From a virus, in the IMG/VR virus record IMGVR_UViG_3300041964_000076, positions 1,498-65,497 of that record: a stretch of 64,000 nucleotides of DNA, one strand, 5' to 3'. Under the pieces are notes generated by a model. It was not told the DNA's origin. It worked only from the letters and a program-made list of their open reading frames with translations, and searched no databases. A program made the translations under genes and the position numbers. Positions 43,381 through 53,486 of the stretch are shown in pieces (positions within the stretch are counted from its first letter, which is position 1; each line of letters opens with the position of its first letter).

Positions 43381-44788
43381 TTCGCCCTCGTCCAGACGGT
43401 CAGACCTTTGCTGTTGTAGACCGCGATCGCTCGTTCTCTGGCACGCTGAAAGAGGCGACTGGTTGAACCGCGTGGGTAACTCCAGAAAGCCTCCACAAAT
43501 GCGGTGGGTGACTTGATGCCGTGGTCTAAGGCAAGGTCTACGATCGCGTGCGCTAGTGCCTCCTCTGATACCCCGTCAATTTGCTCAAATTCGGAGTCCT
43601 CCAAATTGTCAGCACTAGCACTGTAATCTTCAAAGTCCTCGTCCCAAGGGTCTTCTGGGTCGTGCTGAGTCGAATCGGTCAAAGCGTCCGTGCTGCCATC
43701 GTGCTGCGTTGGTGCTAGTCCCAGCCCGGTTCCCAGCGATCGGCTGAACAAATAGAAGCCCATCGGGGCAAGCGTCGTCAGGATCAGGGTTTCATTGAAC
43801 TCTTGCCCACGCAAGCCGTCAAGCTGCTCCTGATAGTCCTTTGCCTTTTTGCCTTTAATCTGGTACTGAATGAGATCCTCGATCGAGTCGTAGGCACCTT
43901 TACGCCCCAACGCCAGGAAGGAGACGCTATCTAGCACGCCCGTATTCCAGCCCCAGTCCTCTACGCGAGAAGTGTGGGAGCTGGCACGGAGGTAGATCTT
44001 CTCAGCCGCCCCTTGCAGCAGAATCCGCTTCGTCTCCCGGCTGAATTGAACGGCTTTCTCTCTGCCCTTTGTCTCCCCTGAGTCATCGTCAGAACAGGTA
44101 TCACGGACGAGGTTGAACTCGTCAATGAAGAGGCTGATGGTTTCGCCCTTGCCGCCATCTTGCCGTCGCCTGAGTTCTGCCAGCAGACGATCGAGCAACC
44201 CAAAAAGATCAGCCACTTTCTCAGGGCTGTTGCAATGGGTATAGGGCACGTTTGCCGCTTGGCAGAAAGCCCGCAAATCTTTGTCGCCCTTGCCGTCGAT
44301 CGCATAGACCGTATGCCCTGCCTGGAGCGCGTAAGCGATGGTTTCGATGAAGAGGGTTGTCTTCCCTGATCTCGTCTTTGATACCAGTGCTATTTGCCCG
44401 TCGAGCGCTGCGATTTCTGCCGCTAGATTCCGATGTGGGGGCAGCGCTGCCACTAGAGCAGGAGCATCTTGCGGCTCAATGTTGTACTGGATCTCTTTGG
44501 CTGTCAGCCGATCGTATAAAACCTTTTGCATTGCCGAGAGGTAGACCGAATCAATATCGTTTTTCAGTCTGCGAGTAGCTTTCAACGTGCGAACAGCAGG
44601 GGCAGAGACAAACTGTACTGCCCACCAGCCCGCGCCAAACAGCGCTGTACGTGATGGGTCGGCGCTGCCCAGAAAGAGTGAGGCGGTGAGCGTTGCCCAA
44701 CCCAAAAAGCCAGCTTGCCAGATGACCTTCTGGGAGTGGTCGATCGTGGCTTGCTGGCTTTGATGGGTGACAGGATGAAGTCTTGCAC
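43377..44788 (-). CDS. Membrane-anchored FtsK/HerA/TraD-superfamily P-loop ATPase
   Basis: SKTRSGKTT Walker A, AIDGKG, LFIDEFN Walker B; N-terminal TM segments; start frameshifted from GTG 44788. Confidence 0.75.
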
Positions 44789-44792
44789 AGGT

Positions 44793-45409
44793 TAGCCCTT
44801 GAGCAGTTGGATAAGTTCTTGGTGGTAGGCAAGGCAGACCCCGATCGCAAGCCAGAACAGCCGATAGCCCACAAAGAAGCGGCTTTCAGGGAATCTTCTG
44901 CGCGGCATAGGCACTGCACAGAAAGCCTGCGATCAGCATGAGGGCGATCGGGATGGCTAGCTGTGGGACTACAGGCACTAGCAGCCGTAGGACGCTAATC
45001 AGGGTGGCAGAGCCGAGGATGTAGGACAGCACTTGTAGATTCAATTCGGCTAGCGTGGCAGGGAGTGCTAGGTCTTGCAGCCACTCCCATTTTGTCTCGG
45101 TCGCCTGGTTAATCCGGTTGGTGTCAAGCTTGATGGCTTCAGGCTTTAGCCCTGTATTGACGACGATATTAGGGCTCGCCTGGGGCTTGCGTCTGCACTT
45201 GCTGCTTGCTCACTCATCATTGCCCTCCTCGGTGGGTTCTAAACTTGCCCACCAATGGCAACCACCAAACATAACGAGCGTGAAGACGGTCGGGACAAAT
45301 GCGCCTGTAGCGATGCTGACACCACAGAAGATTAAGTTGATCCAGCCAAGCCCTTGGAGGGTAGGGCTGTCAATTCTGATGTATAGGGTACGTCGGAGGC
45401 ATGGTTGTT
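44793..45409 (-). CDS. Two small membrane proteins (missed or split in the ORF track)
   Basis: Translated segments LQVLSYILGSATLISVLRLLVPVVPQLAIPIALMLIAGF and LGWINLIFCGVSIATGAFVPTVFTLVMF. Confidence 0.45.
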
Positions 45410-46132
45410 ACGGGGGCTAGAAATGGCTGAATTGATGTAAAGGCTAAGGAAGAAGACAGGGACGGCAATACAAGTGAAGAGCAAGCCAATGCTGACGCGC
45501 TCCCAGGTCTGGCGCGAGATAGTGGGTAAGCTCCGCCCCTCGCTCGTTTGCACGGTGTAGTTAATCGTGCCTTGGTTGATAATCACGGAGCCACCTACAC
45601 GCTTCGGCATACCTACCCGCAGTCCTTGAAAGCCCAGCAAATTAGGGTTAAACGGCTGATCTACCCGCGCCAACTCGCCGCCGCTGTTATCGTCAACGTG
45701 CCAGTCAGAAGCCTGGAGTGGGGAGGCTTTCGGCTCCAATCGTTGCAACTCACCACCATCATCGACTCGCGCCATCCGGTAGGTAGTGTCAACGGGGGTA
45801 ACTGCTTGAGGTTGAGCAATGACGATCGCGCCAGCGTCAGCATTGTCAGCGCGGTGAGAGCTGACCAAACGGGCAAACTCCAAGGCTTTCGGGGTGTTGA
45901 GCTTTTGAGCGATCGCCTGAATGCCTGACTGGGTGTAGCAAATGCGCTTTGAGTTGTTCTGGGCTGGGTCGCGATACTCTAGCCAATCTTGCCCCTGCTG
46001 GAGATTGGAGCGAAAGCCCTTCATTTTGTCGCCAGAGGTGCCTAAGCCAAGAGCGGCATAGGTTTGAGCGAGAAGCCAGGGGTATCCTTTAGCGGTGAAA
46101 GCTTGCTTGAGGGGGTGTTGCGTTGCGTTCAT
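45332..46132 (-). CDS. ORF6N/Bro-like N-terminal DNA-binding domain plus C-terminal TM helix
   Basis: LQQGQDW...ICYTQSGIQAIAQKLNTPKA; VSIGLLFTCIAVPVFFLSL. Confidence 0.45.
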   Translation of the reverse strand: MNATQHPLKQAFTAKGYPWLLAQTYAALGLGTSGDKMKGFRSNLQQGQDWLEYRDPAQNNSKRICYTQSGIQAIAQKLNTPKALEFARLVSSHRADNADAGAIVIAQPQAVTPVDTTYRMARVDDGGELQRLEPKASPLQASDWHVDDNSGGELARVDQPFNPNLLGFQGLRVGMPKRVGGSVIINQGTINYTVQTSEGRSLPTISRQTWERVSIGLLFTCIAVPVFFLSLYINSAISSPRNNHASDVPYTSELTALPSKGLAGST

Positions 46133-46195
46133 GGTGACAGCGGGGGTAGAGGGTGGAAAGGAGGAGTGCGATCGCCCCTCCAACAACGAGGAGGA

Positions 46196-46728
46196 TTAGG
46201 ACTTTCCCAGGTCTTGCAATGCCGCTAAGGACTGCTGCAAGGCATCGGTTTCGCTGGTCTGAGCAGTGTCAATCATGTGAGTCTGCTGCTGATAGAGCCG
46301 CTTTTCGAGATGCAATTCGGCTGCTTTACGGGCGATCTTCTCCTTCGCCTGTCGCGTCTGATTAAGCTTGGCTTCGCGCCGCTGGATGTCTTGCTGCATG
46401 GCGCTTGTGACCATATCTGCCGCTTCAAAAATTGATTAGCAAGCGTCAGTGGATCTTCAAGCTGGATTGACTCATCCGATCGCAAGCTGTCGAGCGAAAA
46501 GGTTTGCGGCAGTTGGGGGTTGCCCATCACGATCTGATGGTTGCCTACTTCCACCGTGATTTCAGGGGTTTCGACGGTTGGCTCCAGGTCAAACTCATGC
46601 AGCAAAGTATTGAGATCGACGGGCGTGAGTCCGTCTGTCGTCTCAAGATTTAGTTCCTGGCAGCGGCGATAGACGGTGGACTTAGGAAGATTGTGGTCTT
46701 TGCAAAACTTGGTGAGGGATGTCTTCAT
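46196..46728 (-). CDS. HTH plus coiled-coil protein (frameshifted)
   Basis: SLTKFCKDHNLPKSTVYRRCQEL HTH; Q/K/E-rich coiled-coil C-terminus. Confidence 0.55.
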
Positions 46729-46750
46729 GATGGTTTTGGTGAAAGGCTTG

Positions 46751-46848
46751 CTGGAACTGGGTTGGAACGAACTGGAACGGGTTGGAACACGATTCTCTCG
46801 TTCCACGTTGAGGGAAGTCAGTTCCCATCGCGTTCCAAGGGTGTTCCA
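46751..46848. repeat. Helically phased inverted array of GGAAC/GTTCC motifs
   Basis: GGAAC at 46753, 46764, 46774, 46784; GTTCC at 46800, 46821, 46832, 46843. Confidence 0.8.
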
Positions 46849-46960
46849 CGCATGAGATCAAGCTAGCACATATAACCCCATATATCACCCCCTATCTACA
46901 CTTAATTTGCTTGATTGTGCTTAAGATGGCAGTGACGAGCCGGATAATATAGGGGGATAT

Positions 46961-47214
46961 ATGGCAGGAGAATCCAACGTGGTAGCTAAACCCGTAAAGA
47001 AGTTGATTGAAACCAGGGTCGGGACTGCTGATGATGACGCAGCTCGTAAACTGGCAGAAAGAAAGGGATTGCGATCGCTGATGTTTACAGCCAAGCAATC
47101 GAACGTGGTTTGCCAATCCTGATCGAAGAAGACAACAAGCTGAATTGGTGGCACGCATCATCAGCCAAGGCTGAGATCAGGAACTTGCTAGACTCCTTGC
47201 CCGAAGAAAGCTAG
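46961..47214 (+). CDS. Ribbon-helix-helix-like regulator (frameshifted)
   Basis: IETRVGTADDDAARKLAERKG, then ADVYSQAIERGL; imperfect inverted repeat 46878-46895/46949-46964 overlaps its start. Confidence 0.45.
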
Positions 47215-47271
47215 CGGCGGCGATCGCACAGCTTGAAGCCCTTAAAACCTCTTAACGGGTTCACATAGCAA

Positions 47272-47305
47272 AACCCCGGCGATCGCGCCATAAATTGCCG
47301 GGGTT
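47272..47305. terminator. Hairpin between convergent genes
   Basis: AACCCCGGC...GCCGGGGTT. Confidence 0.5.
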
Positions 47306-47776
47306 CCCTTATTCATTTTTCTCCGCACTGATTAGAATGGCAAAAAACGTGGAGGCTTGACCGATGCAGCAAATGTACTGGAAAAGACAGTCCGATAACT
47401 CACTCATCCTCTACGCCCAGACAGATCGCGGCTGGCAACCGTGCCCACAGCAAGGACGATCGCGCTCTCATACTGCCGTTGACCACATAGCCCACGCGAT
47501 CGCCCTTGCTGATGCCGATCGCTTCAGCGGGTAGCGCTTTAAGGGTTGTCATGTCTTGCCTTCTTTCTACTTTTATCAGCCTCAAGTCTTGCCTCAAACT
47601 CAGCGTAATCAGATCGTGCCAGCGTTTTGAGCGCTACCAACCCATCGATCGCGGCTTGCAGGGCTATTGCCACATCTTTCACTTCATGCGGGGAGTAGCG
47701 CCAGGTGCGAGATCGAGTTGAGATTGCAAGCGATCGACTAACTTTTCTTGGCTTTTAATTTTGTCTTCTATCGTGA

Positions 47777-48367
47777 TCATGGCTTCACCAACACAGCGCG
47801 AGTGTAATCAGTCTCACAAAGTTTCATGCCAGCATTGGCAGCGTAAAAAGCATCAATTGCCTGCTGCAACGCTTCAACACCTTTCATCTCAGAACAATTC
47901 TCTTCCCCTACTTGCTCATACCAGTGCTCTGTAAAAGCATCAGTAGTCAGCTTTTCAGGCTCAACCAGATTCACGCACCAAAGATAAAGGGATGGTTCAA
48001 CCTCGTTGTCTTCGCACTCTTCTAAATAGTCTTCGATTTCGTGGTAAATCTTCTCGCCATCAGACTCGATCACCGCTTCGCAGTCTTTTGGATCAACGAT
48101 CGCTGCCTTTTCAAACCTTTCTCGCTCGTATTTAGCCCAAGCTTCTTCGTCTCTCTCCCACGTCTTGCTTTCAAGCTCCGATAACAAGACTTGAAACTTG
48201 ACCACAGAAGAAGCAGCCGTAACATCGCTGGCGACAGCGATCGTCGCCATCTCACCATCAAGACTAAGCACTTTGGCATCCAATCCCGCCTTGTACGGCA
48301 ACTCAGGGCGGACTTTTACCCACCACGTCACCCATTCATCAGTTTTGATTTCTGCGCGTTTTCTCAT
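47777..48367 (-). CDS. Acidic hypothetical protein
   Basis: In-frame ATG 48367, E/D-rich. Confidence 0.45.
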   Translation of the reverse strand: MRKRAEIKTDEWVTWWVKVRPELPYKAGLDAKVLSLDGEMATIAVASDVTAASSVVKFQVLLSELESKTWERDEEAWAKYERERFEKAAIVDPKDCEAVIESDGEKIYHEIEDYLEECEDNEVEPSLYLWCVNLVEPEKLTTDAFTEHWYEQVGEENCSEMKGVEALQQAIDAFYAANAGMKLCETDYTRAVLVKP

Positions 48368-48902
48368 GACCTCGAATCCTCCATCGCTTTTTGTCGTGCT
48401 GCCAATGCGTCTAGCTCGATAGTTAGCCGTGAGAGCGTAGACTGCCAGCGATCGTCCTTCATCAACCCATCTAACAGCCCTGCCTTGACAGGCCAGGGTA
48501 AATCGCCAGAGAGCAACCGCAGACATTCGAGAGCGTGATGGGTGCCGATCGCTTCGGCTGTGGATAGTTGAAGGTTAATCATAGGTTGCTCCTGCTAGTA
48601 TTTGCCCAATATCGTCCAAAGCGTCGTCACTTAGTTTCTCCCACTTCACGGTTTTGAGTTGTGCCAGCAATTGTTGTCGATTCAATGCCGCTTCTAACTC
48701 TGGAGTAGGTTTAAGCATTTGACGATGAGGGGCATAACTTTCTGCGCCTATTTCTCGCCCGTTCGCCTTAAACCGATGCTGACTCTTCAGCGTGATTTGA
48801 CCTGTGGGGCTAACGCTTTTAACAGACGTAGCAATTAACGTTGTTGTACCGTACTGCTGGCAACGCAAAATGACGCGATCGCCTTTGCTCCATGTGGTTG
48901 TT

Positions 48903-49148
48903 TCATTCATCACTAGCATCCTCACTTTTTCCCAACTCTCGCTGCAACTGAGTATCAAAATGCTCATCGATCCAGCGAATAGATCTTTCAATAAACTCGG
49001 AACGTGTAACCCCACATTTAACCGCTAAAGCGTCTAGCCGTTCTGACGCAGTATCAGTAAGCAAAAACTGCTTAGGCTTTTTAGTTTCTCCATAGGAGCC
49101 AGCTTTGGCGCGGTTGTCTTTAGGCATATCAATTAAATCCATAGCCAA
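48903..49148 (-). CDS. Ribbon-helix-helix (CopG-like) regulator
   Basis: QFLLTDTASERLDALAVKCGVTRSEFIER. Confidence 0.75.
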   Translation of the reverse strand: MAMDLIDMPKDNRAKAGSYGETKKPKQFLLTDTASERLDALAVKCGVTRSEFIERSIRWIDEHFDTQLQRELGKSEDASDE

Positions 49149-49201
49149 CCTTTTTAAACTACCCCTTTATCGTACTCCTTCAATATACTGAGGTCAACAT
49201 A

Positions 49202-49230
49202 TTGACGTATGGATATGGGGATGACATACT
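49202..49230 (+). promoter_or_regulatory. Sigma70-type promoter, divergent from the CopG-like gene
   Basis: TTGACG-17 nt-CATACT. Confidence 0.5.
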
Positions 49231-49548
49231 AAAGGTATGACAACACACCTCACGGAGGAGCGCTCAAATGCATGAACTTTGGACAACTCACAACTGGCAG
49301 AACGCTACTGAGGAGCAGATTATTGCTGCTCTTTTCAACGCTCCCCCTTTTATTTGTCCTGAAGATATGGGTGCAATCAAGCGGTTCAATCCGCAAGCGA
49401 TTCGCAAATATCAAGTGCTGTTTTACCAGGTGAAATTCCGAGTTACGCAAGCAACCCGCTCAAGCGTCGATAAACAGAAAGCGCTGCCCCTCCCGCGAAG
49501 AAAAAGCAGCGCCCTCTAACAAAGTCCCATTACTGGAACCTCACAATC

Positions 49549-49733
49549 ATGTCATTATTCCTCAAGTCACAGCGACCTTTTTAATCAGCGCCAGCATCAC
49601 TACAATCGCCCTGCCTGTTCAAGCGGCAAGCTGCGACGCAAACCATCGAGGTACTGGACGGCTTTGCTATCAGCCACCAGCAGACATTAACGGACCGAAA
49701 ACGACTGGCGGTACTGGTACACGTAACCACTAA
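49549..49733 (+). CDS. PatX-like secreted RG(S/T)GR peptide (needs a 1-nt indel near the start)
   Basis: Signal-like VTATFLISASITTIALPVQA then ASCDANHRGTGRLC; HRGTGR at 49644-49661. Confidence 0.65.
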
Positions 49734-50820
49734 CAATTAACTATCAGGTGTGTTCCCTATGATCACTCAATCCCTAGACCAGATTACGGCTGAAGTTGAA
49801 AGGCTCGAACAGCAGCGCGATCGCCTCATCCGTGAACTTAGCGGTGTCCCCACTGGCACAACCGAGGCTAACGCCGATGATATTGAAGCAGCAACTCGGT
49901 CTATCCGCAAAGAGCTAATGCAGGTTTGTGCCCGTGTCGCTAAGTTGGGCGATAGCTGCCTAACGCTGCAAAAGCTCATCGCTTATCGGCAAGCAGCGAT
50001 CGCGCAAGCCAAAGAGATTTGAAGAGCAAGGCGATCGCCCCTTCTCGCTGAAGCAAGGGGCACTGTAAACCTTTTTTGAGGATGACAATGCACTTAGTAA
50101 AGTCAAACAACAACAACGAGTTAATTCAACCGCCACTTAAGTTTGATGGCGAAGGCTTTGGTGATACTGGCGTTTTTATTGATGGTTCGCTCAGGCATCA
50201 AGTAAAAGCAATGATTCAAGACAAAGGCGTGATTGTCTTTGACTTTCTGGATTATCCAGGAACCCAGACAGTGCTACTAAGTCGGGATAACGCGATCGCT
50301 TTGGCTCAAGAAATACTTAAAACCTATGCGGAGTAAGCCCATGACGATCGCAGAACTAGCCAACAGCTTAAACGATGCCCAGTTGGAAGCGTTGTATAAC
50401 GCCTTAAGAACAAGGCAGTCGGCATCAGAGCTTCTGGAGTGCATTGCCCATCTGATCGACCAAAGAGGCGAGTGATGTACTGTGCTCACATCTATCTCAA
50501 AGATTCGCACCGCTGGACTTATCCAACGATCGCGGCTGCTAACTGGAGTGAAACTCTGAACATTGCAGAGGCGATCGCCCTTTGTCATGGGGCAAACGTC
50601 GATCGACCAGGCACCGCTGTCTTCTGTTTAGCGGAAATTACTTAGGTTTCAAGCGTACTGCTACAAACTTTAAAGACATTGCCCATTCGCTTAAAGTTTT
50701 CAGCAAAATAGCTGAAAAAAGAACTAAATCGCTTTTCTGTGCTTAGAAAGAGATATGTTTCTTTTTTTTCGCGTTGGCATAATGGAAACAGTTTGACTGC
50801 CCCCTTCACAATCTGAAACC

Positions 50821-51510
50821 GTGGACTCAACCGCTCTCGCCAAAGCCAGTGCCAAGCTCACACGACTCAGACAGCTTTTTGCCTTACCTTCAGACTGTCA
50901 AATCGCTCAAGACCGCATCGGGAAACCTGTCACAATTATCTGTGAGTCCCGTTCAGCTTTTCAAACATTGGGCGATCGACTTGTAGCGCTGGCAGCCGCC
51001 GCCGCCTGCGTTGATGCGCCAGTATTATCAATTATTGATCCGGATCGTCGTGCCCCCCTGACACTGAAACCAAAGCAAATTTTGCATTATTGGGGTGCTG
51101 TTATGCCAGGGCTAATTTTGCCACGTGGAGCCGATGGGTTGTTGGTGATTACCAGCAAGATCGAACTACAGCGCTTAGTGTTGCTAAGTCCGAACACGAA
51201 CGTGATTGAGATGGCAACGGACACAGGACTAGCAGCAGGCGCAAACTGCCACAAAACGAGCGGACTAACGCCAGAAGAATGGATTGGTCGCAAGATGTCA
51301 GAGGACACGCCAAAAGGTGTTCCCACATGGATACCGTCTGAAAAAGTCAAATTTATCGACGCTCTGACACAGCATCCAGATGGGGTAACAGGGTATGAAT
51401 ACCCTGCTTACAACTATCACGGTGATCCAATCCATCAATGTGTACGCGCTCAGCTTTGTCGACTCTGGGACGGTCGGATTGTGCGAATTGTCGAATCGCT
51501 CAATACCTAG
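50821..51510 (+). CDS. Protein with C-terminal PAS-like domain
   Basis: SGLTPEEWIGRKM...GYEYPAY...G...RAQLCRLWDG..VRIVE PAS/PAC-like pattern. Confidence 0.5.
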   Translation: MDSTALAKASAKLTRLRQLFALPSDCQIAQDRIGKPVTIICESRSAFQTLGDRLVALAAAAACVDAPVLSIIDPDRRAPLTLKPKQILHYWGAVMPGLILPRGADGLLVITSKIELQRLVLLSPNTNVIEMATDTGLAAGANCHKTSGLTPEEWIGRKMSEDTPKGVPTWIPSEKVKFIDALTQHPDGVTGYEYPAYNYHGDPIHQCVRAQLCRLWDGRIVRIVESLNT

Positions 51511-52187
51511 TCTTCTTCTTTCTTGCCAGAACCATTGCGTGTTTGTTCTGGCTGTGTTTCAATATTCGGATCGAAACCAAACAGCCGTTGCCACTCGTCA
51601 TAGTTAGTGCTGGAGACGCGAGAAGCGATCGCGGTAATAGTCAGCAAATCTGGGTCAATCGGCTGACCGAGCAGCAAAGACGCTAGCTTTTCGGAAGGAA
51701 TACCGATCGTGTGAGCAAAATTATAGACATCGCCTTCTAGATTGAGGCGTTGCATTTCAAGAATAAGTAGACGCGCAATTTCTTTCCAATTCGCTTCAGC
51801 CATCTTTAGCACCGATAGGGGTTGATCCACTAAGACGACCTCAGGCGAACAGTCAATTTCTATATTTTGCAGCAAAACGATCGCGCTTTTAAGTTTCGCC
51901 GCGATCGACTTTGGGGGCAGTTCTGCTACCCCCTTAATCTGTTGGCGCAATTCTTCGACAGAACAACCTTCTAGTTCTGCTAGCTTTTCCCACGATGAGA
52001 CAGCAATCTCATCAGGATCAACCGCTTTGGGGTTGCCAGGGTCAGCACAATGCTCCCATTTGTGGATTGTGCTGTTTGTCTTTCCAAACAGTAGAGCAAA
52101 CCCATGCTGGCTCAACTGCCTTTGAGTACGGAGTTTGAGCACCAATGCCGCAAACCTTTCTTGCTCTTCTTGCTTAGACATTGGCAA
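51507..52187 (-). CDS. CI-like XRE repressor
   Basis: LRTQRQLSQHGFALLFGKTNSTIHKWE; divergent from the early operon; second HTH-like C-terminal region. Confidence 0.75.
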   Translation of the reverse strand: MPMSKQEEQERFAALVLKLRTQRQLSQHGFALLFGKTNSTIHKWEHCADPGNPKAVDPDEIAVSSWEKLAELEGCSVEELRQQIKGVAELPPKSIAAKLKSAIVLLQNIEIDCSPEVVLVDQPLSVLKMAEANWKEIARLLILEMQRLNLEGDVYNFAHTIGIPSEKLASLLLGQPIDPDLLTITAIASRVSSTNYDEWQRLFGFDPNIETQPEQTRNGSGKKEED

Positions 52188-52199
52188 CCTGAATCAACG

Positions 52200-52330
52200 A
52201 CTTGAGTAAGCGCTTTAATCATAGCCGATTGTAAAGCTTGTGACTATACGGTTGATTTTCTACTCAAGTTGAGAGATTGTAGATCCAAGTAGTTAATCTA
52301 AGTAATTAACTTGATTACTTGAGTAGTTAG
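52200..52330. promoter_or_regulatory. Immunity region with repeated operator-like sites
   Basis: ACTTGAGTA at 52200 and about 52317, reverse complement TACTCAAGT at 52261, degenerate AAGTA(G/A)TT copies between. Confidence 0.55.
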
Positions 52331-52354
52331 ATCCACAAAAACATTCCTCATGTT

Positions 52355-52380
52355 GCCCCTGACTTCTACCAGGGGCTTTT
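52355..52380 (+). terminator. Intrinsic terminator (tR1-like position)
   Basis: GCCCCTG...CAGGGGC followed by TTTT. Confidence 0.6.
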
Positions 52381-52413
52381 CACAAGTCAACTTGTACCCA
52401 CTCGTACAAAGCA

Positions 52414-52632
52414 ATGCAGAACAAACCAAACGCTACTGGCTGGATTACGACTGTTGCTGTTTATAGCGGCGATCGCGCTTACAGCTACCCCGTCTATCGC
52501 TATCGGATGAACGGCAAACTGCGATCGGTTTCTTTGAAGGGTGAAGGTCAGATCGAGCGAGTGACCAAAGCCATTTACCAACGCGAAACGATTTCTAGCA
52601 TTCTCGCCATGCTCGGTCGCGCAGCAGCCTAA
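52414..52632 (+). CDS. Small basic hypothetical protein
   Basis: First ORF of the early operon. Confidence 0.45.
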   Translation: MQNKPNATGWITTVAVYSGDRAYSYPVYRYRMNGKLRSVSLKGEGQIERVTKAIYQRETISSILAMLGRAAA

Positions 52633-52679
52633 ATATTTGCGCCAGGAATCACCCTGGCTAGAAGCCTATACGCCCCGTC

Positions 52680-53486
52680 GTGAGCGGGACTCGACTAATG
52701 ACAACTGTAACAACAAGAGACCGTGTTAGTGAAGCAGCTTTGAGCGTATTGAAAGCTGCAACGTGCAACGAAACTCAGATCAAACTGAATAGCCCAAAGC
52801 TCGATCGCGGGTTGTACCTCGAAGTAAACGAAGTGCTAGAGCGATTGGGTGGCAAATGGAAAGGTGGCAGAGTGGCAGCGCATATCTTTCTCTTTGACCC
52901 ATCACCACTCTTTCAAGCGGTGCTAGACACAGGTTTACTGCCAGCTAAGAACCCGCTAGCCTTCTTTCCCACGCCTGAGCCAATCGTCAAAGAAATGATT
53001 GCTCTTGCTGGTGATTTGGACAATATGCAAGTGCTAGAGCCATCAGCCGGATTAGGGGCGATCGCTGACACGGTGAAAGCTATGTACCCAGCAGCACGAA
53101 TTGATTGCGTTGAAATTGACGATTTTAGAGCCTCAATCTTGAGAGCAAAAGGCTACACAACGGCTTGTGATGACTTCTTGCAGTATCCACTGCCTGAACA
53201 TTACGAAGTGATCCTGATGAATCCACCGTTCAGCGTGGATGGCGACAAAGCAGCAGACATCACCCACATTGAACACGCTTACAAATTGCTTGCCCCTGGT
53301 GGTCGTTTAGTAGCGATCGCATCACCTGGCTTTACGTTCCGCACTCAGAAAAAATACACCGCTTTTCGTGAGTTTGTTGAGCAAAACGGTGGCTGGAACG
53401 AAGTTGGTGAAGGTGCATTCAAGGCAAGCGGTACAGGTATCAAAACCGTCATGCTGTGGCTGGATAAGCCAGAGGTGGCAGCATGA
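52680..53486 (+). CDS. SAM-dependent amino-methyltransferase (NPPF type)
   Basis: FFPTP, VLEPSAGLG motif I, ILMNPPF motif IV. Confidence 0.85.
   Translation: MSGTRLMTTVTTRDRVSEAALSVLKAATCNETQIKLNSPKLDRGLYLEVNEVLERLGGKWKGGRVAAHIFLFDPSPLFQAVLDTGLLPAKNPLAFFPTPEPIVKEMIALAGDLDNMQVLEPSAGLGAIADTVKAMYPAARIDCVEIDDFRASILRAKGYTTACDDFLQYPLPEHYEVILMNPPFSVDGDKAADITHIEHAYKLLAPGGRLVAIASPGFTFRTQKKYTAFREFVEQNGGWNEVGEGAFKASGTGIKTVMLWLDKPEVAA

Noticed and set aside
43377-44788. Genome packaging ATPase or full type IV secretion system
   Set aside because: A PBSX terminase is already present, and no VirB, relaxase or oriT is recognisable.
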